Shown here piece by piece: positions 25,036 to 40,065 of a stretch of DNA of 64,000 nucleotides. Position 1 is the stretch's first letter. Every line of letters begins with the position of its first letter. The stretch comes from Vicugna vicugna. Its lineage: Eukaryota. Where the stretch lies: positions 619,059 to 683,058 of the forward strand of contig MU058658.1 in the NCBI GenBank assembly GCA_013265495.1, given 5' to 3'. Position numbers and translations under genes: made by a program. The notes under the pieces were generated by a model, which worked only from the letters and a program-made list of their open reading frames with translations, had not been told where the DNA came from and searched no databases.

Positions 25036-28000
25036 CTAAAGGAAAGTCAGGACAGGTGAGTGGCCAATGCTGGCCCAGAGGAACTCAGCTCAGCATGTTT
25101 AAACATTACAAAAGGACCTCTAGTTCAGCCAGGGGGAAGCATGCACTCCTTCCAGCAAAGTGTCAGGAACCCATCTCCCCACCTAAACAATTGCACTGGT
25201 AGAATCTAACTGATGTAACCATTCTGCAACTCTGGAGTCTAATATACAGTGTCCCAAATTCCACTAATTTCAGTCAAGTTCAGCTCTTAGCATGTAGGAG
25301 TTCCTAATTTCACAACCCAAGTCCCGTGGCAGGTGGCTGTGCACATGTTCCCAGAGCAGTCTGCAAGCAGCCTGCAGGAGCCAGAGTGGGCACTAAAAAC
25401 CTAGTCCTTCAAATACGAGACATGTGCACTCTGACTGCTGCTTCTGAAGGCAGAAGTGTGGCACAGGGAAACGGCTACTGTTGGAAGCTGTACCACCACT
25501 ATACAAAGCCCCTCCCCCTCTGGCTGAAGCCAATCCAGGGGATTTAAAGGGCCAGTTTCTATACTCATGCTCTTCATTTTTCTGATTTTCCATTTTGGGG
25601 AGCGAGATATTCAAGGACTAAGACACTCAAAAGCAACCTCTTATACGGGAATTTTAAAATGACAGCACATCCCCAAGGAAAGGCACACTGAAAAGACTTT
25701 GTTTCCACCTCATTAGTATCCAGGAAAGGGATACCCTAAAAACATCACAAGAAAGAGAATCCCCCTGCCTCATGCAAATCCTGGTTAAAGATGAGAACAG
25801 AACCTCCAGAGCTGCAATGTTGTAAGATACAAATATTCAGTTTTCAACAACAAAACGTCACAAGACATACAAAGAAACAGGAATGTATGATGAATTGAAG
25901 TGAACATAACACATCAACAGCAACTGTAAGTTCTGAACAGGTACACAAAGAACAGACGATGAACTGACTAGAAAAAAGACTTTAAAACAACTGTCTGAAA
26001 GATGTTCAGATCATTGAAAGAAACAAGTGGGCTGAAAAAAATATATTGCCTGAATGTAATGGTAATAACAACAAAGAGATAGAAAGTATAAGTACTGTAA
26101 AGTAGAAAACTTGGCAGCTGAAAATAGAATTCCCAAGGTGAACAAAAATCACTAGAGGGAAACAATGCAGAAAAAATTCCAGATTTGATGAAGGACATAA
26201 GTATAAAAATCCAAGTACCTCAATGAACTCTAAGCACAATGAACTCTGAGCCCCACAATGCAGAACACTATAACAAGTCATTAAAAAGCAGAGACAGAGA
26301 ATCCTGAAATCAAGAGAAGTGACTCATCACAGAAAAGGGAACCAGAAAAACATTACCAGGTTTCTCATCAGAAATCCTGGGAGACCAGAAAGCAGTGGGC
26401 TGATAGAGTCAAATCACTGAGGGAAAAATATCCTGCCAACCAAGAGTCCTAAATCACGCAGAAGCACCCTTCAAACATGAAGGAGAAATTAAGACATTCC
26501 CAGGTAAACAAAAGCTGAGGAAGGTCTTTACCACTAGACCTGCTCTGCAGGAAAGGCTAAAAGGAGTCTTTCAGAGTGAAATGAAAGGACACTGGTGAGT
26601 AGTTCAGTTATTTCAAGAAATAATGATCTTTGAACGTATGTACAAAAAGAAGACCAGATTCACATAGAGAAGAAAGTATGGTTACCAGTGGGTAACAGGG
26701 GTGGGAAGGGGTAAATTGGGAATTTGAAACTTGCACCTTTTGGGGAGTGAGGGAAATGTTAGCTATCTGGATTGTGGTGCTGGCTTCATAGGTGTACATA
26801 TCTACCAAAATTCATAAAATTGTACATCTGAGATATGTGTAGTTTACTGTAGAGCAATTATACTACAATAAAGATGTTTTCTAAAAAAGAAATAGTCTTT
26901 GGCAAGGGTAAGTCCATATAAAATTATAAAAGCTACTACTTTTATTGTAACTTTATAACTGCACGTTTTGGTTTTTTACATTATTTCAAATACTAATAGG
27001 CCTTTTAAAATATTAGTTCCAGTTTAAACATACAACACATAAAAATGTAATTTTGTGAAAACAGTAACTGAAAATGGTGGGGATAGAGCTGTACATAAGC
27101 AGAGATTTTTTAAAAAATGATATTGATGGTAAGCTTGTATAAATTTCAATTAGTATACTACAGCTTTAGGATATTAAATGTAATCCCCACGGTAACTACA
27201 ATGAAAGCTATGTAATTTACACAAAGGAAATGAGAAGGAAATTAAGACATTTCACTACAAAAAAAATCAGCTAAATACAAAAGGAGCAAATAACAAAAAA
27301 TAAAGGACAAGAACACTCTAAGGAATGTAGAAAACAAAGAAAAATGACAAAAGTACCTCTCATCAGTAATTGCTCTAAATGAAATTGGATTAAACTTGCA
27401 AAGCAAAAGACTAATTGGCAAAACAGATTTTTTTAAAAAGATTCAACTATATGCTTTCAAAAAAAGACCAAAATGTTGAAAATAAAAACTCAGAAAAAGG
27501 TATTTCATGCAATAGTAACCAAGAGAATGCAGAAGTGGTTATTATTAATAGCAAACAATAAAGATTTTCTGTCTAAAACCAGTACAAAGGGGAATGGTAT
27601 ATTTTAACAAGAGATTCAACTTAAAATGACACAATAATTATAAATATATGCATACACCCAGTAACAGACCATCAAAATATACGAAGCAAAAACTGACAGA
27701 ATTGAAAGGAGAAACAGTTCTACAATAATATTTGGAGACTTCAATAATCCACTCTCAATAATCAAGAGGAAAAATAGATTTAATTAGATAAGAATCATAC
27801 AAACTATCCTCTCCAACCATAATACAATGAAGATAGAGGTCGGTAACATACAGAAAACCGAAATACAAATGTGTGGAACTGAAACAACATGCTTTTAAAC
27901 AACCAATAGGTCCAGTAAGAGAATCACAAGGGAAATCAGAAAATCCTTAGAGACTAATGTAAACAAACATACAACATACTAAAACCTTACAGGATGCAGC

Positions 28001-29840
28001 AAAAGTATCACTAAGATGGAAACTGACAAGTACAAATGCTTACATTAAAAAAGAAATGTCATGAATTAACAATCTATCTTTAAACTTGAGGAACTACAAA
28101 AAGAACAAACTAAACAAACCTTTCTGAAAAGGAAAATGATAAAGATTAGACAAATAAAATAGCCACAACATTCTGTTCTTCTTAACAAGGGCTACCCTCA
28201 GTAGAAACTATTTAAACAGGGCCTAATCTGCTGTGGTTTTACCAGAGCCTAACTCATCTTGGAAAAAGGAAATATCCAGCTCCAGCCCCCTCTACCCATC
28301 CTGTCCCACTTAAGGGAGTGAAACATAAATTGAGAAGCACTTGTGAGGTTCACAGTCCAGACACAGAGGCTCATTAAAAGATTGAAAATTAAACATACTA
28401 TGAATGCTTACAGGACTATGCAAGTTTCCCTCACCACATTTTATCAACACACCAATAAAGATCTATTTACAATGGTTCCTTTCACCAAATACATCATGCT
28501 AGTTACCAAGAAAACATTATAGGGCACACTAAAGAGCAAAAAACAAGTTTTGAAGAGACAACAGAAGCTTCAGAACCAAAACCAGAAATCACTGGGATGT
28601 TGTAATGATCACATTGGTGATATAAAACAATTATGATCAATATCCTCATTAGAGCAGTAGACATTACACAAGACCAGAAGGGCAACGAAGTAAGAGGTAG
28701 GACATTCTAAGAAAAAAACCAAAAAGAGAAGTCAGAAACACCATAAAAGAAATGAAGAATGACTGTGATGGGCTTATTCACAGACTGGACATACCTGAGG
28801 AAAGAATCTCTGAGCTTGATGTTATCCTAGGAGAAGCTCCCAAAATTGAAAAGGAAATAGAAAAAAAGATTAAGAAAAACAAACAGAATATCCAAGAACT
28901 ATGGGACAACAAAAAGGTCTAACATACATGTATGGAAACATCACAAGGAGAAAGAGAAACAGAAGAAATATTTGAAATAATGATGGAGAATGTCCATGAA
29001 ATTAACACCAGGCACCAAACCACAGCTCCAGGAAACTCAGAAAACACAAAGCATGCTGAATCCCCAAAAAACTATACCTACGTATATCACATTCAAATGC
29101 AGAAGAAAAAATCCTGAGAGAAGCCCAATGAATAAACACCTTACCTATAAAAGAGCGATAAAAAGAATTTCATTTGAGTTCTTTTCACAACTCATGCAAA
29201 CAAGAGAATGGAGTGAAGCATTTAAAGTGCTGGAGTTGGGGTGGAGGGGGCATGTGGAAAACCATACTACCCTAGAATTGGGTATCCAGCAAAATTACCC
29301 TTCAAAAGTGATACTGAAATAAAGGCTTTCTTAGACACATGAAAATTGTGGGAATTAATTAAAAGAAGTTCTTCAGAGAAACAGAAAATGATATAGATCA
29401 GAAATTTGCGTTCCACATAAATAGAACAGAGAATGGAAATATTTCAATGACATGTAACTGACACGTAACACTGTATTTGTTAAAGTGTACAATATGCTTT
29501 CATGTATGTATACATTGTACAATGATAACCACAGTAAATTAACATCATAATTACAATTTTTTTCTTGTGATGAGAACTTTAAAGATCTACTGTCTCAGCA
29601 ACTTTCAAATATACAATACACTATTATTAACTACAGTCCCTGTGCTGTGCATTACAACCCCAGGAATTATTCATCGTACAACTGAAAGTCTGTAGCTTCT
29701 GACACCATTTGCACATTTCTTTCACACACTCACCATCACCTGCTTTGGCAACTACTAATCTGTTCTCTATATCTGAGTTTGCTGTGTGTTTGTTGTTGTT
29801 GTTTTTTAAAGAGTCCACATGTAAGTGTAATCCCATAGTA

Positions 29841-30059
29841 CATCTGACACTTGAACAACATGGGCTAGAATTGCATGGGTCCAATTATACATGGATATTT
29901 TTCAACACATACACACAGCATTACATGATGTGTGCGTGGATGAATCCACAAATGCAAAGCCTCAGCACCAGAGTGCTGACTGTGGGACTTCAGCATCTGC
30001 AGATTTCAGTGTTCAGGGGCTCATGAAACCAGTCCTCTGTTGAAACTGAGGGATAACTG
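29841..30059. mobile_element. MER8-like element, paralogue of 568-786
   Basis: Same sequence, TA flanks and nesting position inside an L1 3' end. Confidence 0.7.
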
Positions 30060-31774
30060 TATTTGTCTTTCTCTGTCAGACTTATCTCACTTCACATAAT
30101 GCCCTCAAGGTCCATCTATTGTTGCAAATGGCAGGACTTCCTTCCTTTTTTTATGGCTGAGTATTGAAAAACACTCCATATGTAGCACATTTTTGTTATC
30201 CATTTATCCATCAATGGACTCTTACATTGTCTCCATGTCTTGAATACTGTAAATAATCCTACAATAAACATGAGGTAAAGATATCTTTTTGAGATGATGA
30301 TTTCATTCCTTTTGGACTGGGTAAATAAATACAAAGAGGTGGAACTGCTGGATCATGTTATTCCTTTTTCAGTTTATCTAAGATTCTCCATACTGTTTCC
30401 CACAGTGGTTGCAACAATTTAAATCAACACTGCACAAGAGATCCCTTTTCCCTACATCTTCACCAACACTTATTTCTTGTCTTTTTGATAACAGACATAA
30501 TAGGTGTCAGGTGATATCCCACTGTGGTTTTGATTCGCATTTCCCTGACCATTAGTGATACTGAGCACCTTTTCACATAGCTGTCTGCCTTTGCGTGTCT
30601 TCTTTCAAAAAAATGTCTGTTCAGATCTAACAGATGACAGTTTGTGGAAAAGAACAATGGCAAAAAGGTACTCCATTACGTATTTTTATATACCCACTTA
30701 TGTATGCCTAGGTAAAAGTAAAATGCACGACAGCAACAATACAACAGGGAAAAGAAAGCAACTAGGATTTCTGTTTAAATTACAACATATCCAAACTACT
30801 CATGAAGCCATATAATGTTACTTGAAAGTGGACTTCAATTAGTTGTTAATATATATTGGAAACTCTCAGGCAACTACATGAAAAAATGAAAAGAAAGAAG
30901 TATAGCTGATAGGCTAACAAAGGACAGAAAATGCAATCATACTAAATGCTAGATTGAAACCACTAAAATAAGAGTGTAAGAATAAAAGAGAAAAAAGGAA
31001 CAAGGAAAATGAATAGAAAATGATGACAAATATGATAGATATTTATACAACTGTACCATTAATTAAAAGTAGTCTAAATATACCAATTAAAAAAGGAATG
31101 ACCAGAGTGGGTCAAAACACAGGACTTAAGTATATGTTCTCTCCAAGAAACCTACTTTAAACACAAAGATGGATATAGATTAAAAGTAAACGAATACTGC
31201 AGCAAAAACCATCCTAAGACAGATATCTATACAGGCCTTCCTGAAATAACAAGAATAATCTCAAATAAACAACCTAACTTACCATCGGAAAAAAAATCAC
31301 AAAAGGAAGAACAAACAAAACCTAAAGTCAAATCTCAATATTCATAGCAGCACTTTTTACAATAATCAAGATGTGGGAGCAATCTAAATGTCCATCGACA
31401 AATGACTGGATAAAGAAGCTGTGGTATATATATACAATGGAATATCACTCAGCCATAAAAAGGAATAAAATAATGTCAGTTGCAGCAACATGGATGGAAC
31501 TAGAGATTATCATACTAAGTTAAGTCAGTCAGAGAAAGACAAATGTCATAGAATATTACTTGTGTGTGGAATCTAAAAAAATGACAGGAATGTATTCACA
31601 AAAGAGGAAGAGACTCACAGATATAGAAAACAAACTTACAGTACTGGGGTGGGCAAAGAAGGATAAATTGGGAGTTTGGGATTGGCAGATATAAACTATG
31701 TACAGAATAGATAAACAACGAGGTCCTACAGTATAGCACAGGGAACTATTTCAATAGCTTGTAGTAGCTTTTGG

Positions 31775-31866
31775 TGGGGGAGAGGCAAAGTAATTAGGTA
31801 TAATTATTTTTAATGGAAAACTAGGGATTGAACCCAGGACCTTGTCCACGAGCTATACCCTCGCCC
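31775..31866 (-). mobile_element. Vic-1-type SINE (internally deleted) nested in an L1 3' end
   Basis: gggattgaacccaggacc...gagctataccctc. Confidence 0.65.
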
Positions 31867-31896
31867 TGGCTGGTAATAAGTTGTAATGAAAATGAA

Positions 31897-31970
31897 TGTA
31901 TGTGTGTGTCTGTGTATATATGTATGTGTATACATATATATACACACACACATACACACATATACATACA
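31897..31970. repeat. Compound (TG)n/(TA)n/(CA)n microsatellite in an L1 3' UTR
   Basis: Direct inspection. Confidence 0.8.
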
Positions 31971-34242
31971 GCTGAATCATTAAGCTGTATAACAGGAACT
32001 ACTAATACAACATTGTAAACCAACTATACTTCAATTTTTTTAAAAATGGGGGGAAAAAACTCAGTAAAAAAATAACAACCCAATTTAAAAATGGGCCAAA
32101 GACCTTAACAGACACCTCATTAAAAGAGAATATACAGATGACACTATAGCATATACAAAGATGCAAGGAAATGCAAATTAAACTCAAAAGGAGATACAAT
32201 CACATACTTATAAGAATAGCCAAATTTCAAAAACTGACAACATGAAATGCTGGTAAGGATATGGAACAAGAGGAATTTCATCCATTGCTTGGTGGAATGC
32301 AAAATTGTACACCCCATTTTGAAAGACATTTTGGTAGTTTCCTACAAAACTAAATACATTCTTAAATCATCCAGTAATTATACTCCTTGGTATTTACACG
32401 TAAGAGTTGAAAACTTACATCTACACAAAAATTTTCACAGGTGTTTAGAGCAGTTTTATTCCTGGCTGTCAAAACTTGGAGGCAATCAAGAAGTCCTTCA
32501 GTAGATGAATGGAGAAACATGGTACATCCAGATAACGGGAACATTATTTAGAACTAAATACGAAAGAGCTATCAGGTCATGAAAACATCACGCAGAAAAC
32601 TTAAATTCATGCTACTAAGTGAAAGAAGCCAAAATGAAAAGGCTCATACTGTATGATGCTAAATATATGACATATTAGAAAAGGGAAACTAAGGAGTCTA
32701 AAAAAATCAGTGGTTACCAAGGAGTACAGGGGAGGAAAGGATGACAAGATGGAGCATGAAGGATTCTCAGTGCACTGAAAACACTCTATATAATACTATA
32801 ATGGTGAACATGTCATCCTACATTTATCAAACCCCAAAGATGAACACCATCAAGAGTGAACACTAATGCAAACTTCAGCTTTTGAGTGATAATGAAATGT
32901 CAGTGTAGATTTATCAATTTGAACACTCCAGTGTAACACTTGATTCAATGCAATCCCTATCAATATTCCAAAAATCTTTGAAATTGAAAACCTCATCCTA
33001 AAATTCATATAGACTCTAAAGGGATTCCATAGAGACAACACAATTGTGAAAAAGAACAAAGTTGAAGGACTCATGCCACCTGATTTCAAAATTTATCAAA
33101 AAGCTACAGTAATCAAAATAGCACGCCAGTGGCATAAAGATAGATATATACTCCAATGGAAAAGGATAGAGAACAGACTCTAAAAATGAATCCTCACACA
33201 CATGATCAAATAGTTTTTGAAAAGAGGACCATTACCATTCACTAAGGGCAGTCTTTTCAGCAAAGGGTACAGGGAAAACTGGATATCCAAATGTACAACA
33301 CTGAAGTTGAACCAACCTCACCTAACACTATATAAAAAATTCATTCAAAATGTACCAAAGGCCTAAATAAAAGAGCCAAAATGATAAAATTCTTAGAAAA
33401 AAACAAAAGGGAAAAGCTTCAAAATGCTGGATCCACTTATGATTTCTTGACGACAACAACAAAGGCAGAAAAACAGAAGAAAACACTGACACACTGGACC
33501 TCATAAAAATGATCAATTTTTGGTGCATACCTTTAACTAACACAACATTATTTGTTAATTATACATCAAGAAAGATGGAGGAAGAAAGAAAAACACTGGA
33601 CAACTTTTGTACATCAAAGGACTCTGAACATAGGGAAAAGGCAACCACAGAATGGGAGAAAATATTTTAAAATCATGTATACAACAAGGGATTAATATCC
33701 AGAATATATAAATAAAGCCTGTAACACAACAACCAGAAACACAAAATAATTAAAAAATGAAAACGGATTTGACTAGGTGTTTTCCTAAAGATACACAAAT
33801 GGCACAACTTTAGGGGAAAACCATAAAATGGTAAAGATATACTACTTAACAGAAGTAGAAGAACTGAAACCTTGGAAAAGGGTCTTGCAAGAACAGTTTA
33901 TGGTCTGTTTGAGTAATGACCATATCACTGCCTACGGTCTGTTGCACAATCAGGCACAAATCAATGTCAGATAAAGGAATGGAGCAAAACTTAGGTACCA
34001 TGGAAATGGACAGTCAACTGACCAAAGAGAGGACAAGAAAGGAAGGATTTATCAGGCTGAGCGCAAGACTACTGACACTCAATCATTGCCTGCAAGATGC
34101 TGGGTCTACAGAGCAGGGATGCACTCAACATAGCCACAGTAAACAGAGCACATCCCCAAGGGACTGAAGTAGGAAGTAGCAGCCATGGTCTAGATGTGAA
34201 AAGGACAGAGCTGTCCAAGGGGAAAAGAAGAAAGGCAGTTCA

Positions 34243-34401
<159 letters not shown>

Positions 34402-35513
34402 CTATAATGGGGACAAACAAAACCATGAACAGTCTCACTCCTGAAAACCCACGACCCATCTTCCCACACATCTACCCTACTGCCCAACTAGATGAAGCCT
34501 TGAGACCTGGGTAAGAAAACCTTCCTGCCCTGATCTGAATCTCCCATGGCCTCCAGAATACAAAGGCCGTCATTTCAAGGCTAATTCCTCTTCCCCGCTG
34601 TTTACTCCCACCAGGAAAAAAAAAAAAAAAAAAAAAAAAACACCAGTTAGATAAACCAGCTCAGCCTCACTTCAAAGCAGTTCCAAACGCTCATACTGGT
34701 TCCAGTAATAACCTTCCACACCTCCTACTATTAGTGTTGGCAAATGGGGACCCTCTACATATAACCCGGCCTGGATCCAGGACCCTGAGCAAGGGATTCT
34801 CCAGGATCCCCAAACCAAAGGGCTAGCAGAATAGCAGCTGAAAACCTCCCAAATACAGAGGATGTGTGGGTGGCGATCAGAACAAACGAGAGGGTGGGAC
34901 AAACTTCACTGACCAAAACTGCTTCTGCAGCCCTGGGAACCTGTGGGAAAAGGAAGCCCACGGAGGAAAGCGACCACGGCGGCGCTCCGGGGGCCAGGCC
35001 TTCCTGGATCTCTGCCCGGTACCAGCCAGGGAACCTCCACACTTCAATCCTCAGTGTACCTCTTACCAGCTGTGACCTGGGAGAAGCCACAACTGCCCTC
35101 TGCCTCCATGTTCTTCCTACATTCCTTGATTCCTTTGAACAAGCTTTGCAGTATTTTAAAAAACCTCGCTCAGATCGTGTCCTTCCTTGACTCCAAACTC
35201 TCCACGGCTCCCAGAGCCCTAAGAATTAAGATATAATCACTCCTGCACCATTCCAAGTGCAAGTGGGCCTCAAACTTTGTTCCTCGGAGAAACAAGACAG
35301 ACTCCAGGTTCCCCGAAGTTCCCGGTTCACTTGCCTCTCCAGGCCCCACCGACACCGCAAGACACTGTGGGCAGAAACTGGGACCCCGTCCCGAAGGCCT
35401 CGGTCCTGGACCAGGGGCCTGGGCTAAAGAGACGGAAACAGGCGCCCCCCGCTCGGGGCGTTACTGTCTGGGTGGGAAACGGGCAGGGGAGAACCCGCAG
35501 CAGCAGCACTTAC

Positions 35514-35546
35514 CTGAGCCGCGTCCCTCAGCGCAGCCGCCGCCAT
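35514..35546 (-). CDS. KRAB-ZNF gene B, first coding exon (MAAAALRDAAQ)
   Basis: ATG, 33 nt, CAG|gtaagt donor, in a CpG island. Confidence 0.9.
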
Positions 35547-37507
35547 CCGAGCCTCTGCGCGGAGCAGAGTGGCCGCAGCCGAGTGACCGGGTCGGCTCGG
35601 CACCGACACTCCTCGCGGGCGGCGGTGTCCCCGACCCTCACACCCGCCCCCGTGTTGCGCGGACAGAACCTTTTCCTGCGCCTTCTAGCCCGTCACTTCC
35701 CTCCCTTCACGGGAGACGCAACTTCCTGACCAACCTAACGGACCCCATAGCAATCAAAATGTCGGCTACGAGCACGCCGGAAGTGCCTCTCCAGGAGGTT
35801 TGCCTCTTCAGGAGGTTTGCCCCTCCGGAAATGCCCCCTTTCTGGATTTTCATTGGATAACGTCATTGACCTTTAGCGAACGACCTTCTGGGTAATGTAG
35901 TGGTAAGGACTCAGCGAATAGCGCTTCGCTCGGAAATCACCCAGCGGGATGCCAAGCATACCGCGGGGGGCGCTGGGAAATGGGCGCTAGGGAGAGGGAG
36001 GGGCTCCATCCTTTTTAACCCGACGGGACAACCAGGGGGACAGAGGAGATAAGAGAATTGAAGTCTTTGGTGCTATTAGTCCCTGAAGCGTTTGGACAAT
36101 CTCTCAGGCTCCGTGAAGTCTTCGCAAGTTAACATCCACTGGAAACTGAAAGCAAATACACATTTTTCTATTGCTCTTGAGATGCATGCAGCCTGAAGTG
36201 TGAAAGTCATTTTGGAAGCTTTGGTCAGGAACAGGAAAAAAGGCAGGCAGGACTGTGACTGGGAATATGAAGAGGAGATAGTGGGCAGCCCTGAAGCAGA
36301 TGGACAAAGGGGAAAGCACTGTTTCTGGTCCCACCGAAGAGGCTCTCCTGCCTGTATAGTCAATGATAGTGCCCAACTTAGGGAGAAACGCTGATGTGTG
36401 TATGAACAGGGTACCCAAGAAGGCGGTTCTCTTGCTCTTTGTACCTCCCCTCCTCCACCACTTCCTCATTCACCTACACCCTACTCATCTGACTGACCTT
36501 CCCTCTTAATCAGAGAGCCTAATCAGTACATAAATGCCTAGTACTTCATCCCAGCCTCGGCTAGTTATTTTTGTTAATCTTTAGATCAGAAAGTCTTCAT
36601 TTTGATATTTTATCAGAGGGCGAGCTGAAAGTTGATGAGCCAACCTGACCCCAATTCCCTCTAAAGCTTGTAACCTTTCTCTCCCCCAAATACGAAAGAC
36701 TACTGTCACATGCTGCCTGCTGTCTGTGGACCACAATGTGGTGTCCCTCCAGAACCTTCCTTTGGATAAGTAAAATCCCTTCCCTATTAAACCAATGGTG
36801 TCTCTGTCGCCATCTCTGGGCTGTTTCTTAACTCTTGAAACTGGGCCATTACTCAACAACTGATCTATCCTTAAACATTAAGTTGTTTTGTACTTGGAAC
36901 ATAAAACTGTTTTACACATGTACGTTTGTTCTTCAATATACACTGCAACGTTGAATGAATAAAATATCTGAATGACTATTGTTAATAAAGGCGCAATTTA
37001 GTGATCAGTAGCACCAAAGGCTCTCAAAGCCAAATGCAACCTCCCTCTGCCACGGTTCTCCATGAATCCCTCCCCCGCCCTAGAAGTCATTTCCCAGTGC
37101 CTCCGCGGTGCTCCCTGGCTCTTTTCTGGATGATTCCGGTGTGGGGCGCCCTTCCCTGAGACCTTAGCACTACATTACCCAGAAGATTATGCGCCAAGGG
37201 GCAGCGACGTTAGCCCAATGAAAACCCAGAAAGGAGGCGTTTCCGGGTCAGCAAACATTTCGGAGAGGGACTTCCGGCGCCTACTTGGCGGCCATTTTGG
37301 TTCCTGTGGAGTCTGTTGGCCACGTGAGAAGGTCGTGGGTCCCGTGAGGGGAGCGAGGTGACGGGCTGGAAGGCTCAGGAGGAGGCTCTGTCCGCGCTGC
37401 ACGGGTGCGGGTGTGAGGTTCGAGGACACCGCCGCCCGCGAGGGGTGTCGTTGCCGAGCCGACCCGGTCACTCGGCTGCGGCCACTCTGCTCCGCGCAGA
37501 GGCTCGG
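35547..37507. promoter_or_regulatory. Head-to-head promoter region of genes B and C (two CpG islands flanking a solo LTR)
   Basis: Divergent ATGs at 35546 and 37508; C side has ACTACATTACCCAGAAG (~37169), CCAAT (~37215), ACTTCCGG (~37270), GCGGCCATTTTG (~37288), CACGTG (37321). Confidence 0.82.
36395..36858 (+). mobile_element. Solo ERV LTR between genes B and C (paralogue of 10331-10834)
   Basis: Colinear similarity to the gene A LTR, TG...CA ends, ATTAAA, GCTGA/ACTGA flanks. Confidence 0.75.
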
Positions 37508-37540
37508 ATGGCGGCGGCTGCGCTGAGGGACGCGGCTCAG
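37508..37540 (+). CDS. KRAB-ZNF gene C, first coding exon (MAAAALRDAAQ)
   Basis: ATG, 33 nt, CAG|gtaagt donor, in a CpG island. Confidence 0.9.
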
Positions 37541-38602
37541 GTAAGTGCTGCTGCTGCGGGTTCTCCCCTGCCCGTTTCCCACCCAGACAGTAACGCCCCG
37601 AGCAGGGGGCGTCTGTTTCCGTCTCTTTAGCCCAGGCCCCTGGTTCAGGACAGTGAGGCCTTCGGGACGGGGTCCCTGATACTGCCCACCAGTGTCGTGT
37701 GGTGTCCGTGATGCAAGTGAACCGGAAACTTCGGGGAACCTGGAGTCTGTCTTGTTTCTCCGAGAAACAAATTTTGATGCCCAGTTGCACTTGGAATGGT
37801 GGAGGAGTGATTGTTCCTTTATAATTAGGTCCTTGGGAGCCGTGCAGTTTTGAGCCAAGGAAGAATACGAACTGAATTAGGCTTTTAAAAGTATTCTAAA
37901 GCCCGTTCATTGGAAGGGCGGACTCTAGGGGGGTGATAAGAACATTGAGGCAGAAGGCAGTTTTTGCTTTTCGAAAGTTACAACTGGTCAGAAATAGCAC
38001 TGAGGAATGATTCAGGGAGGTTATGTTGCTCCAGGAAGGCCTGAGTCCCTGGCCATCGCCACGGTTAGTTTCCTCGTGGCTTCGCTTTTCCCACAGACTT
38101 CCAGGGCTGTAGAAGCACTTTTATTAAGTGGAGTTTGTCCCTATTCCCCTACGCACAGATTTTGTGTATTTGAGGTGCCTTCGCGTGTCTTCATCTGCCA
38201 TTCTTCAAGCCCTTTGGTTTGGGGACCCTGGTTAATCCCATGCTCAGGATCCTGAGTCCAGGATGGGGAGTATGGAGAGTGTATGCGTTTCCTACCACCA
38301 ATAGAACGTGCTGTAGGTTATTGCTCGAACCGGTTCCAGTAGGTGATAACTGGTTTCAAGTGAGGCTGAGCTGGTTTAGGTAATTTCTGATGGGAATAAA
38401 CAGCAGTGAAGAGCAGGAGTTAGGTTTGAAATGAATGCCTGTGTATTCTTGAGGCCATAGGAGGTTCAGATCTGGGCAGGGAGGTTTTCTTACCCAGGTC
38501 TCAAGGCTTCATCTAGTTGGGCAGTAGGGTAGATGTGTGGGAAGATGGGTCGTGGGTTTTCAGGAGTGAGACTGTTCATGGTTTTGTTTGTCCCCATTAT
38601 AG

Positions 38603-38842
<240 letters not shown>

Positions 38843-40065
38843 TAGGTGCTGGGGTTACTATGGTTAGGCTGAGTGCATTCTTATTGCGGGAACTGCTGGT
38901 GTCCCAGCAACATGTAGGTAGTGATTGAGGGTCAGTGGTCTTGCGCTCAGCCTGGGAGATCCCTCATTGCTTGCCCTCTCTCTGGCCAGCTGACTGTCCA
39001 GTTCCATGGTACAGAAATTTTGCTCCACTCGCGTACCTGACATTAAGCGGTCCCTGACTGTACAACAGACTGTTGTCATTGAAATGGTCACTACTAAAGC
39101 AGACCTTGAGTTGTTCTTGTAAGACCCTTTTCCAAGATTCCAATTCTACATCCCCACCAGCATCTGTTATTTTCTCTTCTTTGGGTACTTGTCCTAATTG
39201 GTGTGAACTAGTGTATTTTTTACCATTTAGATTGCATTTCCCTAATGATGTGGTTATTGGCCATTTGTATATCACTTGAAAAATATCTGTTCAAATCCTT
39301 TTTCATTTTTATACTTGCTGATTATTTGGTTGTTGTGTTATGGGCTTTCTATATTCTGGATAATAATCCCTTGTTGTGTACATGATTTTTAAATATTTTC
39401 TCCCATTCTGTGGTTGCCTTTTTCCTGTATTCATAGTGTCCTTTGGTGTACAAAAGTTTTTCAGTTTTTTCCCTTTTCCACATATCTTTATTGAAGTATC
39501 ATTGTTTGCAACTATTTTCTTTCATTCAATAGTTTGTCTTTTTCTTGTGCTCATGGTTTCCTTTGCTGTACAAAAGCTTTTAATTTTAATTAAGCCCCAT
39601 TTGTTTGTTTTTGGTTTTATTTCCATTACTCTAGCAGATGGATCCAAAAGAAAATTGCAGTGATTTATGTCAAGGAGTGTTCTACCTATGTTTTCCTCTA
39701 GGAGTTTTATAGTTTCCAGTGTTACATTTAGGTCTTTAAGCCATTTTAAGTTTATTTTTGTATATGTTTTTAGAGATTGGTATCAATTTTCTATTTAACA
39801 TTTTGTCTGATCCATTCTGAGTTATTTTTTGTGAAGGGTGAAAGGTTTGTGTCTAGATTCTTTTTTTTTTTTGTATGTTATGTTCAGTTGTTCCAGTATC
39901 ATTTATTAAAGACTTAATCTTTTCTCTGTGTATTGCCTTTGCTTATCTATCAAAGATTAATTGACTGTGTTTCTATGGGTCTATTTTTGGGCTCTCAATA
40001 CTGTTCATTGATCGATTTATCTATTCTTTCAAGAATACCACCCTGGCTTGAGGACTAGATACTAA

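Larger units (their letters stand above)
25180..33850 (+). mobile_element. Nested degenerate LINE-1 fragments in intron 2 of gene B
   Basis: ORF1/ORF2/3' UTR-like A-rich segments, colinear in part with the introns of A and C. Confidence 0.78.
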
